A DNA stretch of 64,000 nt from Bryobacterales bacterium (lineage in GTDB: Bacteria > Acidobacteriota > Terriglobia > Bryobacterales > Bryobacteraceae): contig JADZGD010000011.1 of NCBI GenBank assembly GCA_020854055.1, positions 17,752 through 81,751 on the forward strand. Direction: 5' to 3'. The notes beneath the pieces were generated by a model that was not told the origin of the DNA, did not search any database, and worked only from the letters and a program-made list of their open reading frames with translations. Positions 26,525-35,283 of the stretch are shown here, piece after piece (within the stretch, counting starts at the first letter, position 1; each line of letters starts with the position of its first letter). Both the position numbers and the translations under genes were made by a program.

Positions 26525-27251
26525 ATTCCCGGTCCATATCCCTGGTGATGCGCACCGGAATGGTCAACGTGCTCACCTGGAGCCGGGATGGGTCCGGCTC
26601 CAGCGGATCCACCTCGATGCGAATGCCCGACGGCCATCCGCGCTTCACCCATCGCTCGGTCCAGGCGGCCCTCATCGGTGGCGCCATTGCTTCCCGGTAG
26701 AGAAAGCGGCAGCGCGCCAGCTTATCAGCCAGCACGAAAGACTGGGTGCCTGCCTCGGCCGGGCGAAACTGCGGCATGGCAACGCCCAATCCCTCGTCAT
26801 AGGCCAGACCGAAGCAGAACGCGCCGGTTGACAGGGGACCCGAGTACAGATACTCGTTCACCACCAGGCGCACGCCGTTGCCCTCATCTCCGGGAATCAC
26901 CAGATACTCGAGAATTCGTGGATAGCCGCGCCCAGCCTCCTGCAGCGAATAGCTGGACACAAATCGCATGAGCTGCGATTCGCCCTGGAAGAAGGCGATT
27001 CGCACGCCGGACACGCCCCCTCCCGCATTGCAGTTGGCATAGACCGGCATCAGGCCGGACACTTCCTGCTCCATCACCCGGATGACGCCCTGCACCTTGC
27101 GGTTCTGAATCAGCCGCGCGTTGGTGCGCGCCATGGTGCCAAGACCCATGCGCATGGACATTAAAATGCCTACCGAAAGCAGGCTCAGCATGGAGATGGC
27201 AATCAAAAGCTCGATGAGCGTGACGCCACGTTGAAAACGACGGCGCGTCAT
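26511..27251 (-). CDS. minor pseudopilin, GspJ-like (prepilin-type N-terminal cleavage/methylation domain)
   Basis: The internal ATG at 27251 gives MTRRRFQRG/VTLIELLIAISMLSLLSV. It overlaps the GspI-like stop as ATGA. Confidence 0.7.
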   Translation of the reverse strand: MTRRRFQRGVTLIELLIAISMLSLLSVGILMSMRMGLGTMARTNARLIQNRKVQGVIRVMEQEVSGLMPVYANCNAGGGVSGVRIAFFQGESQLMRFVSSYSLQEAGRGYPRILEYLVIPGDEGNGVRLVVNEYLYSGPLSTGAFCFGLAYDEGLGVAMPQFRPAEAGTQSFVLADKLARCRFLYREAMAPPMRAAWTERWVKRGWPSGIRIEVDPLEPDPSRLQVSTLTIPVRITRDMDREYEDN

Positions 27252-27685
27252 CCCCGCGGCACTCCGATAACCGCGACATCCTCCGCGTCGAGTCTCCGGG
27301 CGCGATAGGTCTCCAGGTTGAAGTGGCGATCCTGGCCGCCCGCCTTCCACCAGATCCGCAGTTCGATTCGCTCCAGAATCTCGGAACCGGCAACGCCCGC
27401 GGGACCGCGTTCAAACGGCGTGACGCGCGCCTTCCACCCGGATTCGAGGCCCCCCATTACCTCCGGCCGGAAATTCTCCCCCATCGGAACTCCCAGGGGA
27501 ATTCGCGGCAGCAGCAGAATTTCGTCCATCTTCTGCCTGGCCAGCATCGCCGCACGATCGTATTCGGTCAGACGCGCCGTGTTGCGCAGCGAGGCAGTCA
27601 GGCTGGAGAGCAAGCCGGTGACGGCGATCCCCATGATGACGGTCGCCACCAGCATTTCGAGCAGCGTAAATCCCCTGCGGTTCAC
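27248..27685 (-). CDS. minor pseudopilin, GspI-like
   Basis: GTG start. MNRRG/FTLLEMLVATVIMGIAVTGLLS prepilin-type N-terminus. About 145 aa. Confidence 0.7.
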   Translation of the reverse strand: MNRRGFTLLEMLVATVIMGIAVTGLLSSLTASLRNTARLTEYDRAAMLARQKMDEILLLPRIPLGVPMGENFRPEVMGGLESGWKARVTPFERGPAGVAGSEILERIELRIWWKAGGQDRHFNLETYRARRLDAEDVAVIGVPRG

Positions 27686-28155
27686 TGTGGCCGCTCCACT
27701 TCGGGAACCCCGGTGATGGGATCGACCCGGACAATCCGGCGGCTCCCGCGCTTGTCAACAAGTTCCACGCCAAAGCGGGGGATGGCGCCGCCGGGCATCA
27801 GCACGACACGCCGCGGAGCCTCTTCGCTTTCACCGGCCACCTCGGGCAATACATTGAGAATCGTGATTCCGCCAGGCATCGCCAGCACACGCTCGAATCC
27901 CGCCTCTGTCGACCGCAGAGTGAGCGTTGACGCCGCGCGGGAGATGGTGACTTCCACCACCTGCTGCCGGCGTTCCGCCCGGTCGAGCGCCGCGTTGAGA
28001 AAGCTCGCCGTCTGGTCGCAGGCGGTATTCAGCCGCAACGAGTCCAGGCCGGCGCTGACCGACGGGAATGAGATCGCCGCCAGCAGCCCAATCAGCCCCA
28101 GCACAATCACCAACTCCAGCAGCGTGACGCCGGCCTGTGGCGAGCGATACCGCAT
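27682..28155 (-). CDS. minor pseudopilin, GspH-like
   Basis: MRYRSPQAG/VTLLELVIVLGLIGLLAAISFPS. The ATG at 28155 shares one base with the gspG stop (TGATG). Confidence 0.7.
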   Translation of the reverse strand: MRYRSPQAGVTLLELVIVLGLIGLLAAISFPSVSAGLDSLRLNTACDQTASFLNAALDRAERRQQVVEVTISRAASTLTLRSTEAGFERVLAMPGGITILNVLPEVAGESEEAPRRVVLMPGGAIPRFGVELVDKRGSRRIVRVDPITGVPEVERPQ

Positions 28156-28577
28156 CAGTTCTTCCAACTGGCGATGTCGGCGTTGATTCCCTCACCACCC
28201 GGCTGCCCATCGGCGCCGTAGGAAATCACGTCCGGCCCGTCGCCATGCTCCCCCGGATAGACATAGACATAGGGGTGTTTCCAGGGATCGAGCGGAATGT
28301 CCTTTTCGAGAAATGGCCGCAGCGCCGCCAGCCCCTGCTCCGTGGTGGGGAAGTTGCCGTTCTCCAGCTTGTATTGGGCCGCGGCATTGACCAGGTTGCT
28401 GATCTGAACCTTGGCCGCGGTGACACGCGCCTTGTCCACGTTTCCGAACATTCTCTGTCCCACCAGCGCGGCGAATAACGCGATGATGGTCACCACCACC
28501 AGCATTTCGATCAGCGTCACGCCGGCCCGCGCCGCCCGGCGCCGGTCACCCTGCGCTTCCAACGTATGATTCCTCAT
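28155..28577 (-). CDS. gspG: type II secretion major pseudopilin GspG
   Basis: ...RAG/VTLIEMLVVVTIIALFAALV then KARVTAAKVQISNLVNAAAQYKLENGNFPTTEQGLAAL...DPWKHPYVYVYPGEHGDGPDVISYGADGQPGGEGINADI is the GspG domain signature, including the calcium-loop region. Confidence 0.9.
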   Translation of the reverse strand: MRNHTLEAQGDRRRAARAGVTLIEMLVVVTIIALFAALVGQRMFGNVDKARVTAAKVQISNLVNAAAQYKLENGNFPTTEQGLAALRPFLEKDIPLDPWKHPYVYVYPGEHGDGPDVISYGADGQPGGEGINADIASWKN

Positions 28578-29782
28578 AGAGCTACCTCGTTGATACTGGT
28601 AATTGCTAACAGGATACTCAGGATCAGAGCACCCACCACAATTCCCATCACCAGAATAACCATCGGCTCGAGCAGCGCCGTAAAGCGCTTGATGGCTGTC
28701 CGTGTATCGGCCTCATAAAGATCGGCCATTCGGGCAAACATCGCATCCAGCCGCCCGGTCTCTTCACCCACGCTCAGCAGGTGTCCGGCCAGCGGTGGAA
28801 ACACTCCCGTCTTCTTGACCGGCCCGGCGATGCCTTCACCGCGCTTCACGCCGCTGGCCACCATCTCCAGCGATCCGGCGATTTTCTGATTCTTCAGGAT
28901 GGCCCGCGCGATACCCAGCGATTGCACCAGCGGCACGCTGTTGGCCACCAGCGTGGACATGGCCCGCGCGAAACGGGCTACCTCCGCCTTCAGAAGCGCG
29001 TCACCCAGAACGGGAGCCTTGAGCCGCGCCCCGTCCCACCACAGCCGCCCCGCCGGCGTGCCGATCCAGGTTCGGAACGACACCAGCCCGATCACCAGGC
29101 CCGCCAGTACGAATAAGCCATAGCGTTGGAGCGCGCCGCTCACTTCCAGCATGATCTTGGTCGGCAGCGGCATCTGCATGTGCGATTCCTGGAACACCGA
29201 GGCGAAGCGTGGCACCACGAAGTACATCAGCACCAGGATGGATGCTACGCCGACGGTGGCAAGCAGCGCCGGATAAATCATCGAGGAGATGATGTAGTTG
29301 CGCAGATCGTCGCGCGTGCGCTCGAATTCGGAAAGCCTCTCAAACACCGTGGAAAGCGATCCGCTGGCTTCTCCCGCCCGCACCATGTTGATGTACAGGT
29401 CGGGGAAATAATCTGGATGGGTGGCGAGGCTGTCGGCCAGCGAACGCCCTCCCTTCAGCACCCGGATGACGTCCATCAACACGGTGCGGAAGCGCGGCCG
29501 CTCGCAAAGCTCGCTGCTGATGGTGAGAGCGCGGTCCACCGGCACGCCGGCATTGAGCAGCGTGGAGATCTCCTGGGTGAAGAACAGCACGTCCTTGCGC
29601 TTGCCGCCTTCAAAGACCGGCATCTTCAGGTTGAAGGATCGCTTCTGCTCGCGGCCGACGTAAACCGGCACCAGCCCCTGGCGGCGCAACTCGCGGGCGA
29701 TGAGCTTCTCATCGTCGCCGGTGAGTTTACCCGTCCTCACCTTGCCGTCGCCGGTCACCGCCTTGAAGTAGAACGTTCCCAC
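28574..29782 (-). CDS. gspF: type II secretion inner-membrane platform protein GspF
   Basis: Two T2SSF-type repeats (FTQEISTLLNAGVPVDRAL... and FARAMSTLVANSVPLVQSL...). About 400 aa with three TM segments. Confidence 0.9.
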   Translation of the reverse strand: MGTFYFKAVTGDGKVRTGKLTGDDEKLIARELRRQGLVPVYVGREQKRSFNLKMPVFEGGKRKDVLFFTQEISTLLNAGVPVDRALTISSELCERPRFRTVLMDVIRVLKGGRSLADSLATHPDYFPDLYINMVRAGEASGSLSTVFERLSEFERTRDDLRNYIISSMIYPALLATVGVASILVLMYFVVPRFASVFQESHMQMPLPTKIMLEVSGALQRYGLFVLAGLVIGLVSFRTWIGTPAGRLWWDGARLKAPVLGDALLKAEVARFARAMSTLVANSVPLVQSLGIARAILKNQKIAGSLEMVASGVKRGEGIAGPVKKTGVFPPLAGHLLSVGEETGRLDAMFARMADLYEADTRTAIKRFTALLEPMVILVMGIVVGALILSILLAITSINEVAL

Positions 29783-29784
29783 CG

Positions 29785-31428
29785 TCAGAATTCCTGCGTC
29801 ACCCGCATCACTTCGTCAGCCGTGGTGACGCCTTCGCGCACTTTCAACCAGCCGTCTTCCCGCAGGTTGCGCATGCCGTTGCGACGGGCGGCAGCGGTGA
29901 TCTGCACCGCATCCTCGTTGTGCATGATCAGCCGCCGGATCTCGTCGGTCAACTCCATCAGTTCGAAGATGCCCACGCGGCCCTGGTAGCCGCTGCCGAA
30001 GCAGACATCACAACCTGCCCCACGGTAGGTCTGAACCGCTTCGCCGTCGGGCGCCATCCGTACATCGGCCGGCGTCTTGCAGCCACTGCAAATCATCCGT
30101 ACCAGCCGCTGCGCCAACACCGAGACCAGCGAAGACGTAATCAGGTAGTTCTCCACACCCATATCGGTGAGCCGCGTAATGGCGCTGGGCGCGTCGTTGG
30201 TATGCAGCGTGGAGAAGACGAAATGGCCGGTCAGCGCCGAACGAATGGCGATATCGGCCGTCTCCCGGTCGCGGATTTCGCCCACCATGATGACGTCGGG
30301 GTCCTGGCGGACAATGTGCCGCAAACCGGCCGCGAACGTCAGGCCGATCTGCGGATTGACGTGGATCTGGTTGATCCCGTCCATCTGGTACTCCACCGGG
30401 TCCTCGATGGTAATGATCTTCTTGTCGGTCTGGTTGATCCGCTTCAGCGCCGAATAGAGCGTGGTCGATTTGCCGCTGCCGGTCGGTCCGGTCACCAGAA
30501 AGATGCCATGTGGCAGAGAAGTGTAGTGCTCCATCCGCGCCAGCATCCGGTCATCGAAGCCCAGCCGGCGCAGATCGTAGAAATCGCCCGCGGAGCGGTC
30601 GAGCAGGCGCATGACGACACTCTCGCCGTACAGCGTGGGCAGCGTGGAAACGCGCAGATCCACCTCGCGGCCGATGGTCTTCACTTTGATGCGCCCGTCC
30701 TGCGGCAGGCGGCGCTCGGCGATGTTCAACTTGGCCATCAGCTTGACGCGCGAAATGACGGCGGCGCGTAATTCACGCGGCGGCGGGTCCTGCGGGTAGA
30801 GCACGCCATCCACCCGGTAGCGCACGCGGAAGTCCTTCTCAAACGGCTCCAGGTGAATGTCGCTCGCCCGCTTCTCCACCGCCTGGGCAATCATCGTATT
30901 CACCAGGCGGATCACCGGCGCCTCGCTGGCCATATCGCGAAGCTGTTCCAGGTCTTCATTCGCCAGGCCACGATCGTCGTCAAACCCGGCCTCGGGCCTT
31001 TCCGCCTCGCCGTAGTAGCGATCTACGGCATCCAGAATCTCTTGCTCGGCCGCCAGCGCCGCCTTCACCCGCAGGCCAGTGAAGTTCGCAACCGCCGCCA
31101 GAGTCTCGAAGTCGAGCGGGTCGGCCATGGCCAGGACCAGGTGCGAGTCCTCCATCGCGGCCGGAATCACCCGGAACTGGCGCAGGAACCGGTTCGACAA
31201 CCCTTCGGTCTCCGGCGCCGCCGGCGGTGGTCCGTCCAAGGTTACCAGCGGAATCTGGAGCTGGTCAGACAGCGCTGCCAGCACATCGCGTTGGGCAACG
31301 AACCCCAGGTCGATGAGGATCTTGCCAATCTTCTCGCCACGGTCCTTCTGAAGTTCCAGCGCCCGGTCCAGGTCGCCGGCGGTGATCAACCGCCGCTCCA
31401 TCAGCATCTCACCGAGCCGCATGATCAA
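29785..31428 (-). CDS. gspE: type II secretion ATPase GspE
   Basis: N-terminal MshEN/GSPII_E_N-like domain. Walker A GPTGSGKST. Asp box, Walker B MVGEIRD and His box. Tetracysteine motif CSGC...CDVC. Confidence 0.95.
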   Translation of the reverse strand: MIMRLGEMLMERRLITAGDLDRALELQKDRGEKIGKILIDLGFVAQRDVLAALSDQLQIPLVTLDGPPPAAPETEGLSNRFLRQFRVIPAAMEDSHLVLAMADPLDFETLAAVANFTGLRVKAALAAEQEILDAVDRYYGEAERPEAGFDDDRGLANEDLEQLRDMASEAPVIRLVNTMIAQAVEKRASDIHLEPFEKDFRVRYRVDGVLYPQDPPPRELRAAVISRVKLMAKLNIAERRLPQDGRIKVKTIGREVDLRVSTLPTLYGESVVMRLLDRSAGDFYDLRRLGFDDRMLARMEHYTSLPHGIFLVTGPTGSGKSTTLYSALKRINQTDKKIITIEDPVEYQMDGINQIHVNPQIGLTFAAGLRHIVRQDPDVIMVGEIRDRETADIAIRSALTGHFVFSTLHTNDAPSAITRLTDMGVENYLITSSLVSVLAQRLVRMICSGCKTPADVRMAPDGEAVQTYRGAGCDVCFGSGYQGRVGIFELMELTDEIRRLIMHNEDAVQITAAARRNGMRNLREDGWLKVREGVTTADEVMRVTQEF

Positions 31429-31957
31429 ACTCCTGAGTCTTCAGCTTCGCGGCGATAGCGTCATCGAGCGCCTTGGGGCCGAAACCCACGAGTTGCTTTC
31501 GAGTGGCCTCCATCAGGATCTGGCCGGGAAGGCCGTCCACGTCTTCGTACTTGAAGTTGTACAGCGACACCACCACCACAATCCGCTCGTCCCCGGGAAC
31601 GGTGTCCAGTTGGTTGGCCGCATCCACCATCACCTGCCGCATGGCGCTGCGCAGCATCGGCAGGCGGGCCAGCTTGCGCTGGTGCAACTTGACCACTTCT
31701 TCCCGGCTCAGCGCCGGCCGGAAAGGCGACAGCACGATGGATATCAGGTTGACGTCGGCCGAGATCACCACGCCATAGCCCGGCAGGTAAATACCGCGCG
31801 GCTCACCGACAATGTCCAGCGCCGTGTCGGTGCTGAGCTTCACCAACCGGTTGCTGAAACTCTGTTCCACCACCTTCATCGCATCGCGCGGCACCACCGG
31901 CTTTTCGGCCGCGGCCAGCACCGCGCCGGCAGCCAGCAATACGAGCAGGTGTCTCAC
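31409..31957 (-). CDS. hypothetical secreted protein between the anti-sigma factor and gspE
   Basis: Signal MRHLLVLLAAGAVLAAAEKP. I recognise no family. 4-nt overlap with the anti-sigma stop, and its 3' end overlaps the gspE start by 20 nt. Confidence 0.55.
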   Translation of the reverse strand: MRHLLVLLAAGAVLAAAEKPVVPRDAMKVVEQSFSNRLVKLSTDTALDIVGEPRGIYLPGYGVVISADVNLISIVLSPFRPALSREEVVKLHQRKLARLPMLRSAMRQVMVDAANQLDTVPGDERIVVVVSLYNFKYEDVDGLPGQILMEATRKQLVGFGPKALDDAIAAKLKTQEFDHAAR

Positions 31958-32559
31958 TCGAGGCCCCTCTGCTCCAGGCTTGCGCGGCGATAGACTCCGA
32001 GTTGCCGTCCCATGTAGTCCAGCTTCTCGTCAAAAGCCATCTGGTCATCACGGCGCTGGAGCTCGAACCGCTTTTCAGCGGACTCCACCAGCCGCGCCGT
32101 CTCCTGCCGGCCTTCGCGGCGGGCCTGCTCAACCGCATTGCGAATCAGGTGATCCACCGGCTGAGCCGGGGCGGACACCGGGAGAGCAGCCACTCTCCGG
32201 GAGACCTCGGCCGCGACCCGCGCCTGTAGTTCCGCGCTGGAAACCACCGGAGCGGGCCGGACAAAGGTATGCACCAGGAGAGCGACAGAGAAAATCAGGG
32301 CAGAGGCGAACGTCAGCCTCGGCGCCAGGTTCCAGACCTGCCACCAGCGAGGCTCGAAGACTTTGTCGGAGACGAAGGCGATCCGCCGCGGAATCTCCTC
32401 ATCGGGCACGGTCCGCAGCACGGCTGCCGTCAATCGCAGCCGTTCCAACTCATCCCGGCAGCCGCCGCAACCCGCGATGTGCGCCTCCACCTGCCGTCTC
32501 CCGGCGGCCGGCAGTTCGTCGAACAAAAAATCCCTTAGATCAAACGGTGAGCAACTCAT
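31954..32559 (-). CDS. anti-sigma factor (zf-HC2 type), single-pass membrane protein
   Basis: H-x3-C-x2-C motif in VEAHIAGCGGCRDELERL. Central TM (APRLTFASALIFSVALLVHTFV). 4-nt overlap with the sigma gene. Confidence 0.8.
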   Translation of the reverse strand: MSCSPFDLRDFLFDELPAAGRRQVEAHIAGCGGCRDELERLRLTAAVLRTVPDEEIPRRIAFVSDKVFEPRWWQVWNLAPRLTFASALIFSVALLVHTFVRPAPVVSSAELQARVAAEVSRRVAALPVSAPAQPVDHLIRNAVEQARREGRQETARLVESAEKRFELQRRDDQMAFDEKLDYMGRQLGVYRRASLEQRGLE

Positions 32560-33104
32560 TCCACACCCCGCGCATCAATCGGAGCCAGAGCCGTCTTCAG
32601 AAGATTCAGTGCGGTGTATAACCGGGACTTCACGGTGGACACCGGGCAGCCGGTAATTTCGGCCATCTCCTCGAACTTGAACCCCTGATAGATCTTCAAC
32701 ACCACCGCTTCGCGCTGATCCTCGCTAAGCCGCGCCATGGCCGATTCCACGGCAATGGACACCTCGATGGGTAACATCCGCCCGCGGGCGCCGGGCATCG
32801 GCGCCTCGTCCTCCAACTCCCCGTCCGGCTTCGTCTTGCGCAGCAGCGAGTAGGCTTCGTTGTGCGCGATGCGGAACAACCAGGGAGCGAAACGGCTCTC
32901 GTCCTCGAGCCGGGCCAGATTCCGGTAGGCCTTGAGGAAGGTATCCTGCGTCAAGTCCAAGGCGTCCTCCCGATTCGCCACCAGCCGGAACAGGTAGTTG
33001 TAGACACGCTTCTCCCACCGGGAGACCAGGAGGTTATAAGCCTCCACCATTCCCCGGCGAGCCCTCCGAATGAGGTCACGGTCTTCAACCTCCCGAAAGA
33101 TCAA
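32556..33104 (-). CDS. ECF-type RNA polymerase sigma-70 family factor
   Basis: Region 2 DALDLTQDTFLKAYRNLARLEDESRFAPWLFRIAHNEAYSLLRK. Region 4 LSEDQREAVVLKIYQGFKFEEMAEITGCPVSTVKSRLYTAL. TTG start with AAGGAG 7 nt upstream. Confidence 0.9.
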   Translation of the reverse strand: MIFREVEDRDLIRRARRGMVEAYNLLVSRWEKRVYNYLFRLVANREDALDLTQDTFLKAYRNLARLEDESRFAPWLFRIAHNEAYSLLRKTKPDGELEDEAPMPGARGRMLPIEVSIAVESAMARLSEDQREAVVLKIYQGFKFEEMAEITGCPVSTVKSRLYTALNLLKTALAPIDARGVE

Positions 33105-33270
33105 CGATCGGCTCCTTTTGAAAGACGCTGGAATTTGGCAAAAAGTCGGATGACCGGAACCGGGACTGTCTCACCATCTGAACGGCCTCCGGGGCAGGCG
33201 GGTTGCCGGGTAAAATCTAATCATAACGAATTCGAGTTTGCGGGCCGCGTCAATTCAGCCCCGTCCACAG

Positions 33271-34545
33271 ATGAACTATCCCGATTCCGTCCGCTTCCTC
33301 TACGCGCTGGGGAATGAAGTCAAGACCGCAAAACTGGGCCTCTCCCGGGTAGCCCAACTCGCCGCCGCCCTGGGCAACCCGCAACAAGCGGGCAGGATCA
33401 TTCATGTGGCCGGAACCAATGGGAAGGGCTCGGTGGCGGCCATGATCGAGTCCGGCTTGCGCTCAGCCGGGTATCGCACGGGGCTCTATACCTCGCCGCA
33501 TCTTTCGGAGCCAACCGAGCGAATCCGCATCGGCGCGGTCCCGGTGAGCACGGGCGATTTCACCGCTGCTTTCGCCGAGGTTCATCAGTTGGCCGAGCAA
33601 TTGCTCGAAAACGGCTCCCTTGAACTGCATCCCACCTATTTTGAAACCGTCACCCTGATGGCGTTCCTGCTATTTCAGAAATACGCGGTGGATTGGACGG
33701 TGCTGGAAGTCGGCCTGGGCGGACGGCTGGACGCCACCAACATCGTTACACCCGCTCTCACCGTGATTACGCCCGTGGATTACGATCACGAGGCGTACCT
33801 GGGGACTTCGCTCGAAGCCATTGCCGCGGAGAAGGCCGGCATTCTGAAGCCCGGTGTTCCGGCGATCCTGGGCAGGCAGCGGCCCGAGGCCGAATCCGTG
33901 ATTCTGGAGCGCGCCACCGAACTGGCGGCGCCGGTGGAGCGGATCGTCGATTGCCGGGTGGAGCGTGGCCCCGCCTCGATCGATGGCTCGGACCTGAAGG
34001 TTCACACGCCGCTGCCATTGTCCCTACACTGCCCTCTGCCGGGTGACCATCAGTTGGACAACGCTCTCACCGCCGCACTGGCGCTGCATCGGATGGAGAT
34101 CGCGCCCGCGGCCATTGAAAACGGCATCGGGGGAGTGCGCTGGCCCGGACGTCTGGAACGCGTTTCCACCATGCCTGATATTTTCCTCGATGGAGCCCAC
34201 AATCCGGCCGGAGCCCGCGCGCTAGCCGCCTACATCGAGCCGCTGTTTCGAGGACGCCGGGTCTGGATTGTCTACGGAGCGATGCGGGACAAAGCGGTCG
34301 AGGAGATTACCGGCATCCTGTTCCCCCTGGCCAGCCGGCTGATTCTGACCATGCCGGACCAGACGCGGGCGATCCGCCCCGAAGCGCTCGCCCGGCTCAC
34401 CGGAAGTTCGGGCGCGCTGACCGCGGCCAGCGTTGCCGAATCGGTACGGATGGTGCGCCAGTTAGCCGCGCCGGGCGACGTGGTGTTCTTCACCGGATCC
34501 CTCTTCCTCGTGGGTGAAGCCCGGCCATTGTTCGTAAACTGGTAA
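33271..34545 (+). CDS. folC: bifunctional folylpolyglutamate synthase / dihydrofolate synthase
   Basis: MNYPDSVRFLYALGNEVKTAKLGL...IIHVAGTNGKGSVAAM (Mur-ligase P-loop). Typical FolC length. Confidence 0.9.
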   Translation: MNYPDSVRFLYALGNEVKTAKLGLSRVAQLAAALGNPQQAGRIIHVAGTNGKGSVAAMIESGLRSAGYRTGLYTSPHLSEPTERIRIGAVPVSTGDFTAAFAEVHQLAEQLLENGSLELHPTYFETVTLMAFLLFQKYAVDWTVLEVGLGGRLDATNIVTPALTVITPVDYDHEAYLGTSLEAIAAEKAGILKPGVPAILGRQRPEAESVILERATELAAPVERIVDCRVERGPASIDGSDLKVHTPLPLSLHCPLPGDHQLDNALTAALALHRMEIAPAAIENGIGGVRWPGRLERVSTMPDIFLDGAHNPAGARALAAYIEPLFRGRRVWIVYGAMRDKAVEEITGILFPLASRLILTMPDQTRAIRPEALARLTGSSGALTAASVAESVRMVRQLAAPGDVVFFTGSLFLVGEARPLFVNW

Positions 34546-34551
34546 ATTCGC

Positions 34552-35283
34552 ATGTCTCTCAGCTACCTGCGGGCAATCCTGATTACCGACCCGCTGATCG
34601 TCCTGGCCACCATCCTCATGGGCAGTATTTCGATGGCAGCCTCACTGTTCGACTCTACCGGGCGCGCGCAGCACAAGGTGGCACGAATCTGGGCACGAAT
34701 GCTGCTGGCAATTTCCGGCGTGCGCGTGCGAGTGGAGGGGCTGGAGCAGATCGACCCTCGGGCACCCTATGTAATCGCGTCCAATCACTTGAGTTACATG
34801 GACACCCCGGTCGTTCTGGCATGGATTCCGTTGCAGTTTCGCTTTCTGGCCAAACGCGGCTTGTTCCGAATTCCCTTCCTCGGGACCCACCTGCACCGGG
34901 CGGGTCACATACCGGTTCCGCGGGAGGATGCGCGGGCAGCGGTGAAGACGCTGAACGACGCCGGGCGGATCGTTCGCGAACGGGGCGTGTCGATTCTGGT
35001 GTTTCCCGAGGGGGGCCGATCCCCCGCGGCGATGCGGCCGTTCAAAGAAGGCGCGGCGTATATCGCAATTCGCGCCGGCGCGCCGATTGTGCCCGTGGCC
35101 CTGGTTGGCACAAGGCCAGTCCTGCCCATGGGCTCCGTCCACGTCCGCTCCGGACACGTGACGGTGAGGATTGCCCGGCCGATTCCGACCGCCGGGCTGA
35201 AAATCCATGACCGTAGCGCGCTAACCGAACAGGTCCGCGATGAGGTAGCAAGACTGCTGAACGGAGCGAATCCGGTCCATTAA
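34552..35283 (+). CDS. plsC: 1-acyl-sn-glycerol-3-phosphate acyltransferase
   Basis: HX4D motif in ASNHLSYMDTPV, FPEGGRS motif and an N-terminal TM segment. Confidence 0.85.
   Translation: MSLSYLRAILITDPLIVLATILMGSISMAASLFDSTGRAQHKVARIWARMLLAISGVRVRVEGLEQIDPRAPYVIASNHLSYMDTPVVLAWIPLQFRFLAKRGLFRIPFLGTHLHRAGHIPVPREDARAAVKTLNDAGRIVRERGVSILVFPEGGRSPAAMRPFKEGAAYIAIRAGAPIVPVALVGTRPVLPMGSVHVRSGHVTVRIARPIPTAGLKIHDRSALTEQVRDEVARLLNGANPVH

Noticed and set aside
33105-33237. Autoregulated ECF-type promoter (GGAAC-N16/17-CGTC-like) upstream of the sigma factor gene
   Set aside because: The only GGAAC-like string I saw (ccGGAACcggg near 33155) is on the wrong strand for the minus-strand sigma gene. I could not find a properly spaced -35/-10 pair on the correct strand by eye.
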